In this document: one piece after another, positions 1-12,449 of the stretch
Numbering within the stretch: the first letter of the stretch is position 1
Layout: every line of letters starts with the position of its first letter
DNA from: Hypanus sabinus
Lineage: Eukaryota
Length of the DNA: 63,794 nt
Assembly: GCF_030144855.1 (NCBI RefSeq)
Contig: NC_082707.1
Location: 28,892,001 to 28,955,794, forward strand
Reading direction: 5' to 3'
Translations under genes and position numbers: made by a program
The notes under the pieces: generated by a model
Told to the model about the DNA's origin: nothing
Seen by the model: the letters and a program-made list of their open reading frames with translations, nothing else
Database searches by the model: none

Positions 1-299
1 AGAAGAAGTTGATTGGATTAAAAGGCAGAACACTTAAAAGGTGCGCAAAAGAAGGATATAATTGCTTTTGGCCTTTGTGCCCTTCTGTTACCACATTTTA
101 TACCTTTGCCTACTCTTACCCAAGATGGCTTTCACTGCCTATTATTACGGGTCCTCCCTTTCTTTCAACAGTTGTAATATTATAAATCATTTTACTTCAT
201 TATTTCCTAATTCCAAAGGAGTCGGAAGTAATCTCTAATATTAAATTGCTTATTACTATTAATATTAAATATTAAATTAATATTAAATGAAATTTGCTA

Positions 300-366
300 C
301 AATAAGTGTATGGGACACTGGAAAAATGTTGAATTTCCCCTTGGGGATGAATAAAGTATCTATCTA

Positions 367-431
<65 letters not shown>

Positions 432-436
432 ATCTA
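300..436 (+). repeat. LINE 3' tail (aataaag-tatctatc) merging into a (TA)n microsatellite
   Basis: ggggatgaataaagtatctatctatc followed by about 60 bp of (TA)n. Confidence 0.8.
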
Positions 437-745
437 TTAAATGCTAGCTTGTTAATATAGGCATAAAAGGGAATGGGAGGCTTCATCCAGGATGCTAATC
501 TCTGGAGGCAAGGGAACACTGGTTTAGGGTGCTCTTATGTGAAGAGTGATCCCCATCAGAAATAGTATTTTAGGAAAAGTAGTTTTGGAAGTGGAAAGAA
601 AGTTGGAAATAGTGCAGTGGAAATGTATGGTTTTGCTGGATGATTTAGTCCTATCATCTAAACCTCAATCTTCCTCATTAAGACTTAAATATTTTAATTT
701 CAGTCACCTCTACTTTGCTCCCCATGTTATTTTTTTTTAATGTAG

Positions 746-807
746 GCGCTGTATTCGCAACAGATTACTCGAATGCAAGTACCACGGCAATGTTTGATCC
801 ATATCAG
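746..807 (+). CDS. GK5: GK5 coding exon (about human exon 7): (G)AVFATDYSNASTTAMFDPYQ
   Basis: tgtag| acceptor and |gtaatt donor; 62 bp; matches recalled human GK5 GSVYATDFSNASTTGLFDPYK (FGGY kinase TDxSNAS motif). Confidence 0.95.
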
Positions 808-986
808 GTAATTTAATTCCTGTTTTAATGTTGCTATTCATGTGGTATTTTGGATATGACAAGGGATTTTGGACAATGTGCACCTGTTTTTTTTTCTTTT
901 GCGTCTTTACTATTTAAAGCCTAGTTTATGGCAGCATCGCAGTGTTACTGTTGCAAATTAGCAGAAATTGATGGTTATCTTTTCAG

Positions 987-1060
987 TTGTGTTGGAGTGG
1001 AATCCTTGCAAACCTCCTGTCGGTGCCTCTTTCTATTCTCCCTCCAGTAAAGGATACTAG
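987..1060 (+). CDS. GK5: GK5 coding exon: LCWSGILANLLSVPLSILPPVKDT(S)
   Basis: ttttcag| ... |gtaagc; 74 bp; phase-compatible with neighbours; cf. human MCWSGMITSLISIPLSLLPPVRDTS. Confidence 0.95.
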
Positions 1061-1884
1061 GTAAGCATCGTCATTTCTAAATCACATTCACTGTGCCGTG
1101 CTGATAAACCACAATAGTTAAAATAGTTACTTGGCATTGAATCAATGGTGAAAAAATGAGTGAAACTTTGATCTTTGGGCACCTTTCCCTGAACCCTGTG
1201 GCTGGAGAATTAGAGATGCTATAAATTCTGATTCACTGGGTAAAAAGGGGCAAAGTATAATGATATATGTATTGGACTGACGTTGTCAGTTGAAGGGCTT
1301 CAGATATAAGCTGGTGATCTGTACTGAATTTATTAGTAAATTCATTTAGTGTATTGAAACTGTAATTTCTTTTTTTTTTCCCTGAAAGACTTCACGGGTG
1401 TGCAGATTAATTATTAAACACCAGTGAGGCATGTTGCTTTGGTCTTCTAATGTGTTTACCTATTTAAAAAATTGAGATTTAGGACAATTTATGTATGAGA
1501 TTGTGTGATCTGTTATGAATGTGCAAACTGAACAGTACAACGTTAGATTAGGATTAATTTTATATTCTGGCATTTGGTCTCGTTATCAGTTTTGATGTCC
1601 TGAAACAATTTGTATGTAATTCCATTACTAAAGTAAATGAAATGTATGGTAGTTAATGCAACTTACAACATTTTTCTTGTGGATTTAAGTGTTTATCTCT
1701 TGGAATGACTTGTAAGCTAATTGAAAATGGAGCTTAGTTGAATTTGGCCTTCCCCGTTGGATTTTTTAAAAAAAATAAATGATTTAAGAATGTACAAAAG
1801 TTGGTTCAGGGAAAGATGAGCAAGGCATCTAATTCTATTAGAGAAAATCTGAAATAGCATTCTTTATCTCTTGTGTCTACATCA

Positions 1885-2880
1885 TCCAAAGTTCAAAGTA
1901 AACTTGTTATTAAACTACATATATGTCACCATGTACACCCTTGAGATTCATGCTCAATAAATCCATAAAAGAATAATAACCATAATAGAATCATTGAAAG
2001 GCCACATCAACTTGGACATTCAACCAGTGTGCAAAAGACAACTAACTATGCAAATACAAAAAGACATAACAATAATAAATAAATAATCAAAAATTACTGA
2101 GAAAATGAGATGAAGAGTCTTGGAAATTGAGTCAATGGGTTTTGGGAGCATTTCAATGATGGGGTGAGTGAAGTTATCCTCTTTGGTTCAAGATCCTGAT
2201 GGTTTAGGGATAATACTGTTCCTGAACCTGGTGGTGTGAGCCATGAGGCTCCTGTACTACCTTCCCGATAGCAGCAGCGAGAAGCAATCATGGCCTAGGT
2301 GGTGGTGGATCCTGATCATGGATGCCATGTAGATGTCAAATTCTTGAATCAGAATCAAGTTTTTTTTTTGATCACTGGCCTGTCATGAACTTTGTTGTTT
2401 TGCAGCAGCAGTTCAGTGCCATTTATAAAGATAGCTATAAATTACATTAAGAATACATAGAAAAAAAAGTGTAAAGAGAACAGAGTAGTGCTTATTGGTT
2501 CATGGGCCATTCAGAGATCCAATGGCAGAGGAGAAGCTGTTCTTAAAACATTGAGAGTTGTGCTTACATGCTCCTTGAAGGTAGTAATGAGAAGAGGGCA
2601 TGTCTGGGTGGTGGCTGCTGCCTCTTTGAGGTTATTTCCTTTTGAAGATGTCCTCAATGGTAGGAAGACTTGGTGCCCATGATGGAGCTGGCTGAGTTTA
2701 CAACCCATACCAGGCATGATGCAACCTGTCATAATGCTCTCCATGGTACATCTGTAGAAACTTGCAAGAGTCTTTGACACACCAAATCTCCTCAAACTCC
2801 TAATACATCCACTGGCATGCCACCATCGTAATTGCCTCAATATGTTGGTATTAGTGATGCAAGGTTGGTGATGCGACACC
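1885..2880 (-). mobile_element. Rex1/Babar-like LINE 3' fragments (two adjacent pieces)
   Basis: Minus-strand ORF 2511-2882 reads LRRFGVSKTLASFYRCTMESIMTGCI; the 3' UTR-type sequence recurs at 17335-17680, 30355 and 51517. Confidence 0.75.
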
Positions 2881-2906
2881 ACTCAGCAAGCACTTGGGAA
2901 TGAAAT

Positions 2907-3009
2907 TCAAACACGAGGAAATCTGCAGATGCTGGAAATTCAAGCAACACACACAAAATGTTGGTGGAACTCAGCAGGCCAGGCAGCATCTATAGAGAGA
3001 AGCACTGTC
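2907..3009 (-). mobile_element. Penelope-like pLTR fragment whose 5' end lies at the predicted ribozyme cleavage site
   Basis: aaatctgcagatgctgg...cagcaggccaggcagcatctatagagagaagcactgtc matches the terminus of the element at 58554-58660. Confidence 0.85.
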
Positions 3010-3779
3010 TAAAAGGGAGAAACTCACTGACTTTTCTCCCCTTGTCAGATTTTGGTTCTGTTTTCCCTGGCTAGATCCTTGATGCTGTTTAGAAGTCAAA
3101 TTTGGATTGTTCTTTGTCTTCCTCTATTACTAACCTAAGGTACCACTTTCTGTTGATTAAACTTATCCAGGTGTTTTCACACAGTCTTACACATTCCCCA
3201 GTACCAGATCCAGCAATGCCTCTTCTAGCCATGTTGTTAACATTTTCGTCAAGGAAGATTGCCTAATCACATTTAAACGTCTTCCTACTCTTTTTTTTAC
3301 TTTGACGTTATTTCAGCTACCATTTTATTTGATATTAAGGTCGACTCCGTTTGAACAAATTGCTGTAATTGCTTCGGAGATTTGTTGCTGACTATTTGGA
3401 AATGTAAATAATATCCCCAGTAATTCTCATTATATTTGTCCTACCGTTGCCTCTCAAGGAGTGGCCACCTTTCCAAAACCTCACTGTCTACACGTATCAG
3501 TTTTGCCACCCCACCTTTTTGTTCATTTAAAAGATACTCATCAGACCTTTTACTGATTGAACTCATCTCATCCTCATTGTTTTTGCACCTTTTTCTGTCG
3601 ATGCCTCGATGTCATATTCCAACATGGCTGTTTATAATTCCTTGACTGAAATTTGTGTTAAATAAGATGCTTTGAAGAAAAAGCCTGACACAGATTTTTA
3701 ACTTGATATTGAAACATTATGTATTTGTATAATATAATTCCCGACTCAAATTAATGTACTTTTGCTTCCAATATTTTAG

Positions 3780-3840
3780 CTGCAAATTTGGTTATACTGA
3801 TCGAAGTATATTTGGTACTCCTATTCCAATAATGGCTTTG
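3780..3840 (+). CDS. GK5: GK5 coding exon: (S)CKFGYTDRSIFGTPIPIMAL
   Basis: ttttag| ... |gtgagt; 61 bp; cf. human HNFGSVDEEIFGVPIPIVAL. Confidence 0.93.
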
Positions 3841-4199
3841 GTGAGTACAGATATGTTTAATACTCAAATAGTATTTCTATTGGCTCTAGAGTACTAGCAT
3901 AAAATCCAATTATCAGTGCCAAGTATTCTGGTTACTTGGAAGTTCGTTGTGACAATTTTTCAAATCAATTTGAAAATTGCCACAAGCTCTTGAACCAGTT
4001 TCCTAACAGAGATCCTGTGTTGTCATTACATCTGACACCTTGAGCTAGTGCAATTAATCAATACGTGAGAAAAAATCTGTAACATTGACTCTGTTCTCTT
4101 TCTGGTGATGAGAGGTTTTGGCGTTTCCATTTTTGTTTCAGATTTGCAGCATTTGCATCTTTTTCTCTGGTAACCTCCTGGAGTACTGGTGAAAGGTCA

Positions 4200-5180
4200 T
4201 CAGATGTAGGAGTAGAGTTTGGCCCATAATTCTGACCCACCTGATCTTGCCTGATTTATTATTCCACTCGATCCCATTCTCCTGCCTTCTCCCTGAAACA
4301 TTTGATGCCCTTACAATCAAAGCCTATCAACCTCTGCTTTAAATATATCCAATGGCTTGCTCAAAGAATTCCAACAGATTTGGTTGTCGTGTACCTCCAA
4401 GTACCCTGAAACGTCACACTTAATAATGGACTTCAACATCTTCCCAACCACTAAGTTGGGCTAACTGACCTATAGTTTCAAAGAAGAGAAAATCTGCAGA
4501 TGCTGGAAACCCGAGCAACACACACAAAATGGCTGGAGGAACCCAGCAGGCCAGGCAGCATCTAATAAAAGAGTACATTTGATGTTTTGGGCTGAAACCC
4601 TTCAGCAGGATGCAATTTCCTTTCTTCTGCCTCCCTCCCTTGTTTAAGAGAGTGACATTTGCAATTTTCCAGTCCTCCAGAAGCAAGTGATTCTTGAAAG
4701 ATCATTACTAATGCCTCCACAAATCTCTTTAGCTACCTGTTTCAGAACCTTGGGACAAATTCAGTCTGCTCCAGGTGACTTAACTACCTTCAAATCTTTC
4801 AGTTTCCCAATCACCTTCTCCTTGGTAATTGCAACTACACTCACTTCTGCCACTGACATTCAAATTTATGGCATACTGCCAATGTCTTCCACAGTGAAGA
4901 CTGATGCAAAATATTATTAAGTTTGTTCACCATTTCTTTATCCGCCTCTCCCCCCATTTCTATCTCTCCAGTGTCATTTTCTAGTGATCTGATATTCATT
5001 CTCACCTCTTTTACCCTTTATATATCTGGGAAAAAAAAACTGTTATCCTCTTTTATATTATTGGCTAGCTCATCTTTTCTCTCCTTGTGGCTTTTTAGTT
5101 GCATTCTGTTGCATCTTGAAAACTTCCCAAACCTCGAACTTCCCACTGTATTTTGCTGTATTATATGGCCTCTCTTGATT
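4200..5180 (-). mobile_element. CR1-like LINE fragments with a nested Penelope pLTR (about 4480-4612)
   Basis: Minus-strand LEDWKIANVTLLNKGGRQKKGN (CR1 RT motif) interrupted by pLTR sequence. Confidence 0.75.
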
Positions 5181-6273
5181 TTATGTTATGTTGCATTGTA
5201 ACTGTCAGTTCGCAATGTTACGAATTTTAGAGTCATTGATGATTTTCAGGAGTCTTTATTCCTTCAATGAAATGTTTGTTTGGAAATTGTCGTCATCGTT
5301 CAATGTTTGGATTATCTTTTGTGTTAAACCCATCACCCCTGCTGGGGAATAGGCCACCGATACTAGCTCACCTGAGTCCTGTGTCCTGGGCTCGTCATTC
5401 AAATTGTTCCCTGCTGTGTCCTCTCCTATGGATGAGGTCTTTGGAGCTTCTATTAGTGTTTCTGTATCTCTGGGTTTTTACAGAATGTAGTTGCTAGCCC
5501 CATGCCCAACCCTCCTCCTTTCAGCCATTCTTGGCACTGCCCATGGTAGAGTTAGATTATCTGTGGAGGGAATTAAATGATTACATTCAGCAGTCGCCTT
5601 CTGAGTCAGACAAAAGACTCAGAAGAAACTGCACGTGCGAGCCTATGTCCTGCCCCCAACTTTTTCACCTGGATTGCTTCTTCCTCTCTGGTTCCACCTG
5701 TCACCTGCAGCCTCTATCCCACTCCCTTTGTACTAGTACTGTACATATTGACAGCTTTTCCTGTTCCCTCTCGGGGTCTCAATCTAAACGTCGACTTGTG
5801 CCTTTTCCCTCCACTGTTGCTGATTGACCTATTGAGATCCGCTTGTGCTTCTGAGCCACCAGCTTGTCTTGTGTCTTTTCCTGTCACGTTGAATGGTTGG
5901 TTTCTGAGGGAAACTCAGAAAGTATGCTGCGGGGTGGGGGGGGGGGGGGGAGGGAGGGGAACTTCTCTCCTTGTAGTGCTTGTTATATATAGTCCAATGA
6001 ATGGAAAATATTCCTCTGGAGTAGGTAAGCGGAAGATTAACAAGATAGACACTAATCTTCGATCACCAGTAATAACTACGTGCTGTTGATGGCTGCCAGT
6101 CAAATAGGTTGGCGTTTAATTGATGCCATTGATTTAATTCAAACCAAACATGCAGATATAAGGAAATGGGTAACTGACTTGTACAGTTCATGGAGGAGAC
6201 CAAACATTAGTCTCTTCCATTTTCCCCTAGTGAAGATAAAGGAAAAAGGAGTGTACAGAGTTAGGGGTGTTAA

Positions 6274-6564
<291 letters not shown>

Positions 6565-7814
6565 TAAAATGTAGAAATTACAAAGAGTAGTGGCTCAAAA
6601 ATAATGAAGTAGCGTTTATTGGTTCACGGACCTCTCCGAAACCTGGCAATAGGGAAGAAGTTGTTTCTAAATCATTGAGTATAGGCCTTCGGTCATCTGT
6701 ACTACTTTCCTGATACTGGTAATGAGACAAGGGCTTGAGGGTCCTTAATAATGAGTGCTGTCTCTTGAAGATAGCCTCAATGGTGGGGAGGGTCTGTGCT
6801 CGCGATGGAGCAGGTTGAGAATGCAAACCTTTTCAGCCTCCTTGTGATCCTGTGATTTGAGCCACCATTTCAATCTTCATTCCTACCACTTAGAATTCAT
6901 TCACTGAGGTGCCATTTCTTTGTTCTCAGTGATATTTTCTTCCATTTCTTAATGTCAAATGCTTGGATTTATCTTTTAAGTCTTTTTATTTTTTACCTGG
7001 GAGTTTTACAATTCTCTTTAATGTTCCTAACACATTTACACTCATACTTTGTCATTCCTCTTCATCAAACTCCTCTGTGTGTGTGTGTTTCTTTTTACAG
7101 AATGCTAAACTGATCCAATCCACTTTTGCTTTCAATTTTATATCCCTCATCTTTGCATCTAATACAACTCTAACTTTTGTTAGCACTTACAGGCTTGCTT
7201 CTCCTTCTGTGTTTTTAAAAAAAAAACAATTTGTATTCTCCATTTATTCCCTTGTCCAGCCACGGTTATGTTTTGTAATGATCTCCTCTGTTTTACAATT
7301 TTCATTCTTTCAGGGTTCTTTTCTATCCTTCTGGTGATTTTACTAAATTTGAATGAATCTAAAATAATTTGGGCTTAAAAACTTTTGAAATTTTATACTT
7401 ATTTTTCATTTGTCTGATTTTTTTCCTCTGCATCACCTGGAGTCTTTCCTGGTCTGCATGTGCATGACTAATGTTCATTGCGTCCACCTAAATGGTAGCC
7501 ATTCTGATTGGACATTGAAATGACCTTGAGAGTGAAGCTGAAATTCCTGGAAGTAGTTTAAGAATTTGGAGTTGGTGGTTGTATGCTGTGTCGGTGCAAA
7601 ATGTGCAGGGACCCTTCCAGGCTGCCCCCATCACATTGTTAGGTTTTGTTGGTTGTTAATGTAAAGCGCCTTTCACAGTATGTTTCAATGTACATGTGAT
7701 AAGCAAATGAATCTGAATATTGGCCAGTCACGTATAAGATGAATCTGGAGTACCACATTACTGAAAGGGCAGAAACTGAAACAGGCGCCCTGATGTTTTA
7801 CTTTATTAATACAG

Positions 7815-7919
7815 GACTTTATCCGTTGGTTGGCTGGAAAATTGGATCTGAAGTAACATATATTGCAGAAGGAAATGCTGCTGATACGGGTAAAGTGATC
7901 CAATGGGCACAACAGCTAG
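7815..7919 (+). CDS. GK5: GK5 coding exon: (G)LYPLVGWKIGSEVTYIAEGNAADTGKVIQWAQQL
   Basis: atacag| ... |gtaagg; 105 bp; cf. human FYPLIGWKIGQEVVCLAESNAGDTGTAIKWAQQL. Confidence 0.96.
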
Positions 7920-9990
7920 GTAAGGAGCTATGTTGCTGTGTGTGCATTTTTTTTGGAGGGAAGACTGTTTGCTTTAACTTTGTTATACTCTCAGTACAGT
8001 TGTCTTTCAGTCTATAAAATTTGTTGTTTAAGTATCTATTGGATCAATAAATATTGACATTTTAATGTGAGGAATCTTTCTTTGTGCTTCTGCTTCTATC
8101 ATTTGGTTTGTGAATATTCTTACGTCAAGTTGAGGCATGTGCATGCAGGGAAACGCCTCAATCTCCTGGATTTCTCTGTCCATTTTATTTATTTCAAGAG
8201 TTAAATGCAGGACGAGGATCCTCATCCACAGCGGCATTTTTTTTTCTAATTGTTAATTCAGAAGATTTTTCCTTCCAATGAGTTATTTTTAATGTAAAAT
8301 CAGTCTTGTACATTTTTTTCTTCCTCACTAGTTCCTACACATATCAAGTCAGTGACAGATATTCAGCATTTGCTGTAAAGGTTGTAAGGTGTATGTCAGT
8401 TCAGATAAGTGAGAAACATCTTCTTTCCCAATAGCAGTTTGGAATTCACATTCTTTTGGAAAGGTAGTTAGTACTTTGCCTCATCAGAAAAACACTATTA
8501 ATATTTGATACTCTGTGTACTTCTGCAATTGTGTCAACAGGACTGGGGATCATTGATATTTGACTTGAATTCAGAATGAGCGGTTGTTGCTGTCAGTTTT
8601 TCAAAGCTGTAACATCAGTTGCTCATAGCTTTGCCGTCATTGCACCTATAACACATCCCCACTGATGATTTTCTACCATGTACCAAATGCATTATCCTTG
8701 TTTCTCTCCCACCCTATTGTTTTGCTCCTAAATGTACAGAATTACATTTTTTTTTAAACATACATTGTTTTTTTTAAAAATCATTCACTTTATTTGTGTA
8801 TTTTCATATTGGGCATTATCTTGGTGACCATAAAAAAAAATCTCCCTATTTGCCCCTTTCAGAATTCTAACTTCTCAAGCTACACATTGATCTCCAGTCC
8901 AATCATTTGTAAAAGTACTTGCAATTACTTCTCACTGGAAAAACTGACCTACCTCACCATATAATCTTCCTCAATCCAATTTGCGGTCCTGCCTGTACGC
9001 CATTCTCACCTCCCTCTCCTGCATTGAATCTTACAATTGACTTTTTGAAAGTGTACACAAAATGCCTTTCCCAAGAGAATATGCCTGGACTTTCACAGGG
9101 AGTGTTAATTTTTTTTTCAAATGGAGATAAACATCTCCAAAAGTCCCAGGTAGTACATTTCCAATGGTTTTTGTAATTCCTCCTGCAATAAAATGCATAT
9201 GCATTGATGTTTTGAAATTACTGACTTGAGTGCGTGGAATGGGCTGCCTTCAATTGTGGTGGAGGCAGATACAACAGGGTCTTTTGGTTAGGTACATGGA
9301 GCTTAGAAAAATAGAGGGCTTATGTGTAACCTTAGTAATGTCTAAGGTAGGGACATGTTCGGCACAACTTTGTGGGCTGAAGGGCCTGTATTGTCCTGTA
9401 GGTTTTCCATGTTTCTGTGAGTGTTGTCTTCTATATACTATACATCAAATATCTTTCCTTTTTCACAAAAGCTACACTTCTCTCATTTTTTCTTTTGAAT
9501 CTCTTCTGTATCTTTCATAACCTTATGGTTTCTGGTAATGCACAAAATTCAGTGCATCTTGCTACATCCTTAAAAGATCATATTGTTAGACATGGTTCCT
9601 GAAATCCACTGACTGAACATCCACATCCATACATGTGGTTTGTTTATTTTATGAAAACAATTTTTCCATGTAAATATTTGTGTTCAGTCTTCCCATCTGA
9701 AAATGAGCTCCTTTCCAAACCATTGTTGTGTATCAAAAAAACTTTGTAATGATGCTTGTTCAGAAACTGGTTTGTTAACACTGGCATATGTCGTGAAATC
9801 TGTTGTTTTTAGGTAGCAGTATTTTCAAGACAAAAATTTACTGTAAGTTACAATTTTTTTTAAATGGAGCCGAAGAGGCATTCGAGATGAGGTAGTAAAT
9901 TGGATTAGACATTGGCTTTACAGGAGAAGCTGGAGTGGTAGTAGATTGTTGGTTCTCTGACTGGAGGCCTGTAACTAGTGGTATACTGCA

Positions 9991-10260
9991 GGTACCGTAG
10001 TGGTTAGTACAATGCTTTACAGTACCAGCCACCCGGGTTCCATTCCTGAAGCTGTAAGGAGTTTGTACGTTATCCCCGTGATCACATGGGTTTCGTCCAA
10101 GTGCACCGGTTTCCTCCCACTGTCCAACTGGTTAGTCAGTTGATTGGTCATTGTAAATTTTTCTGTGGTTAGGCTGGGGTTAAGTTGGGGGTTGCTGGGC
10201 AGCATGACTTGAAGGCCTGGAAGGGCTTATTCCATGCTGTTTCTCAATAAATAAACAAAC
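9991..10260 (+). mobile_element. tRNA-derived V-SINE (HE1-like); further copies at 33395-33630 (-), 35515-35782 (+) and 50200-50482 (+)
   Basis: tRNA-like head (gtggttag...gggttc), V-domain ggagtttgtacgtt...gggtttc...ggtttcctccca, and an (aaat)n tail. Confidence 0.8.
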
Positions 10261-10556
10261 AGATAGCTAATAGTCTGCCTTCCTGTGCTGCTTCTCCTGT
10301 GATAACATTAGCTAATAAAAATCTATTACAATGGTGAACAGTGAAGTTCTCCGGACAATCCACGATCTTGCTTTCGTTAGCTCCCTGAGTAAGACAACTA
10401 AATTTTGACTTAGGTTTGGGAAATAGTGTCTTCAATTTCATGTGATTTTTTTATGATTAACGAAAGAAAGCTGCTTTTCCCTTGGCTGTAGACTAGATGG
10501 TGTTTAAGCTGATGTTCCATCCCAACTTCTCTAACGTCATCCTCTTGTCATTCCAG

Positions 10557-10651
10557 GTTTGTTCTCTGACGTTACTGAAACCGAAAAGATGGCGCAAGAA
10601 GTCCAAGATTCAGATGGTGTATTTTTTGTTCCAGCATTCAGTGGATTACAG
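10557..10651 (+). CDS. GK5: GK5 coding exon: (G)LFSDVTETEKMAQEVQDSDGVFFVPAFSGLQ
   Basis: ttccag| ... |gtaaat; 95 bp; FVPAFSGL motif of glycerol kinases. Confidence 0.96.
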
Positions 10652-12449
10652 GTAAATTTGCATAACATACAAGTTGTCCACCGCATAATGCATTATTTCA
10701 AAAATGTTCATAATTCACTTTGTGCAATCAATGCCTGCATTGGACTTTGTTTTATTGTGAGAGTGTTCCACATTTGAATTTGGAAATTGGTAGGTTTTTC
10801 AAAGAAAATTAATGACATAAATTACATGCTAATAGGAAAGACGCTAGACAAGTCTGCTACTGTTTGATCAGCTTTGTTTTTCATTGCTCCTCAGTTTTTT
10901 TTTACAATTGAATCAGCCTACAATTAAAGCATCTTCCTTTCACTGCTGCATCGTCATTCATAATTTGGCTGATCTCCACGCCCACCTCCATTTTCCTGTA
11001 CAGTATATGTTCTAGTCTGGTCTATCTAGGTCTGTAATGTCCAGCTTGTTCAAGTTTAATTGTCATTCAACGTGGTCTTTTCAGCTCGAAGTATCGTTAT
11101 CTGGGGTCAATGGGAAGAACACAGTCTCATACAGCAGATGTTCTTGCAATTGTACTTACAGTCACAAAATAGTACTAGCACAAGTCCCTGAGTGGCATGC
11201 CAGAAGACTGATGGAGTCTAGGACAGTGTCTACCTTCTACCAAAGTATTTGGAGATACTTTTCTTGGAGGATTTTCTTCAAGTGTTGGATACATTTTTAT
11301 AATAACTTGGGGTTCAAAAAAAACCCAAAGGGAGAACAATTTCAGCTTGATTGACATGATATAATTAACATGCTGATCAATGATTGAAGTTTTTTTATTA
11401 TTTACATGTTATTTGTTACAATTCCAATATTTTTATTGATGTGTAGGGTTTTGCACAAAGAATAGTTTTTTGGTTAAGATACAGACTTGCATTCAAACGG
11501 TTAGATCAAAAAAGAGGTCAGAAAAATAATTAAATGTTGAAGTTTACCAACCTCTTTAGCTAGACTGCCGACAATTCAAGGTGACATGAAAGTATTAATC
11601 ATCTACACATTAGATGATTAGTCATGCATCAATTTCATGCTGAAATTAGTCATGCATCACCATTTTATCCTCTTCCTTAATTTGAAAAGCTGGAATTCCC
11701 TATCCAATGCTCTGTTACGGAAGCAGATAATGATAAAGGCTGCAGTGGTCCAGAGTAACTGAAGTTGGGCAATAACCGTGGTCTTGTTGATGTTTCCCAA
11801 ACTCTGCGACCACGTATCCATTGCTCAAAGAAATTGCAGAGCACTTGAATATTTGTTAACATTGGTTACAATGATATTGATGCAACTTGTTAAATAAAAA
11901 TGACAGGTTTTATTTTGTTTCTTTTTTACTCTCATCCCTTCAAATTGGAAGGCAATGGACTCTGAATTTGAAATGTACAATACAAGGTAATTTCTACCTT
12001 AATGTGTGCTGATACAGAGTATTAACAGAAATACTTTTTAGTGATGTGTAACTGTACTTTACAATACAACGTAAAGCTTGTTCCATACACTCACCCCCCC
12101 CCCATGTGGAAAAAGTTGCCCCTCAAGTCCCCTTTGAAATGCTTCCTCCTCACTCTAAATCTATTACCCCGAGTTTTGGACTCCCTTATACAATGCACAA
12201 TATACTTTTCCTCTACAAAGTTTAAGTGTGTGAACACAGTCTCGATCTCATGAATTGTGACCACAATTCACCATGCATCAATAATTCCTGTAAGACTGTA
12301 AGTCCTAGCCTCTAACACTAAATGAAGAATAATTAGTAGACACTATTATTCACTTTCAGTGAGGGGTTTTGGAAGCTGGCAACATGTATTATAAGATTAC
12401 ACTGAAAGCCAGATGGTATTTATGAAGTTGGAGAATAAAATTGAGAGTG

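Noticed and set aside
5577-6089. 170-aa ORF in a GK5 intron
   Set aside because: Runs through a decayed Penelope 3' end and a poly-G tract; no protein motifs.
9991-10070. tRNA gene
   Set aside because: The tRNA-like boxes are the head of a V-SINE; no intact cloverleaf.
11618-11660. Short direct repeat attagtcatgcatca x2
   Set aside because: Ordinary slippage-type micro-duplication with nothing suggesting function.
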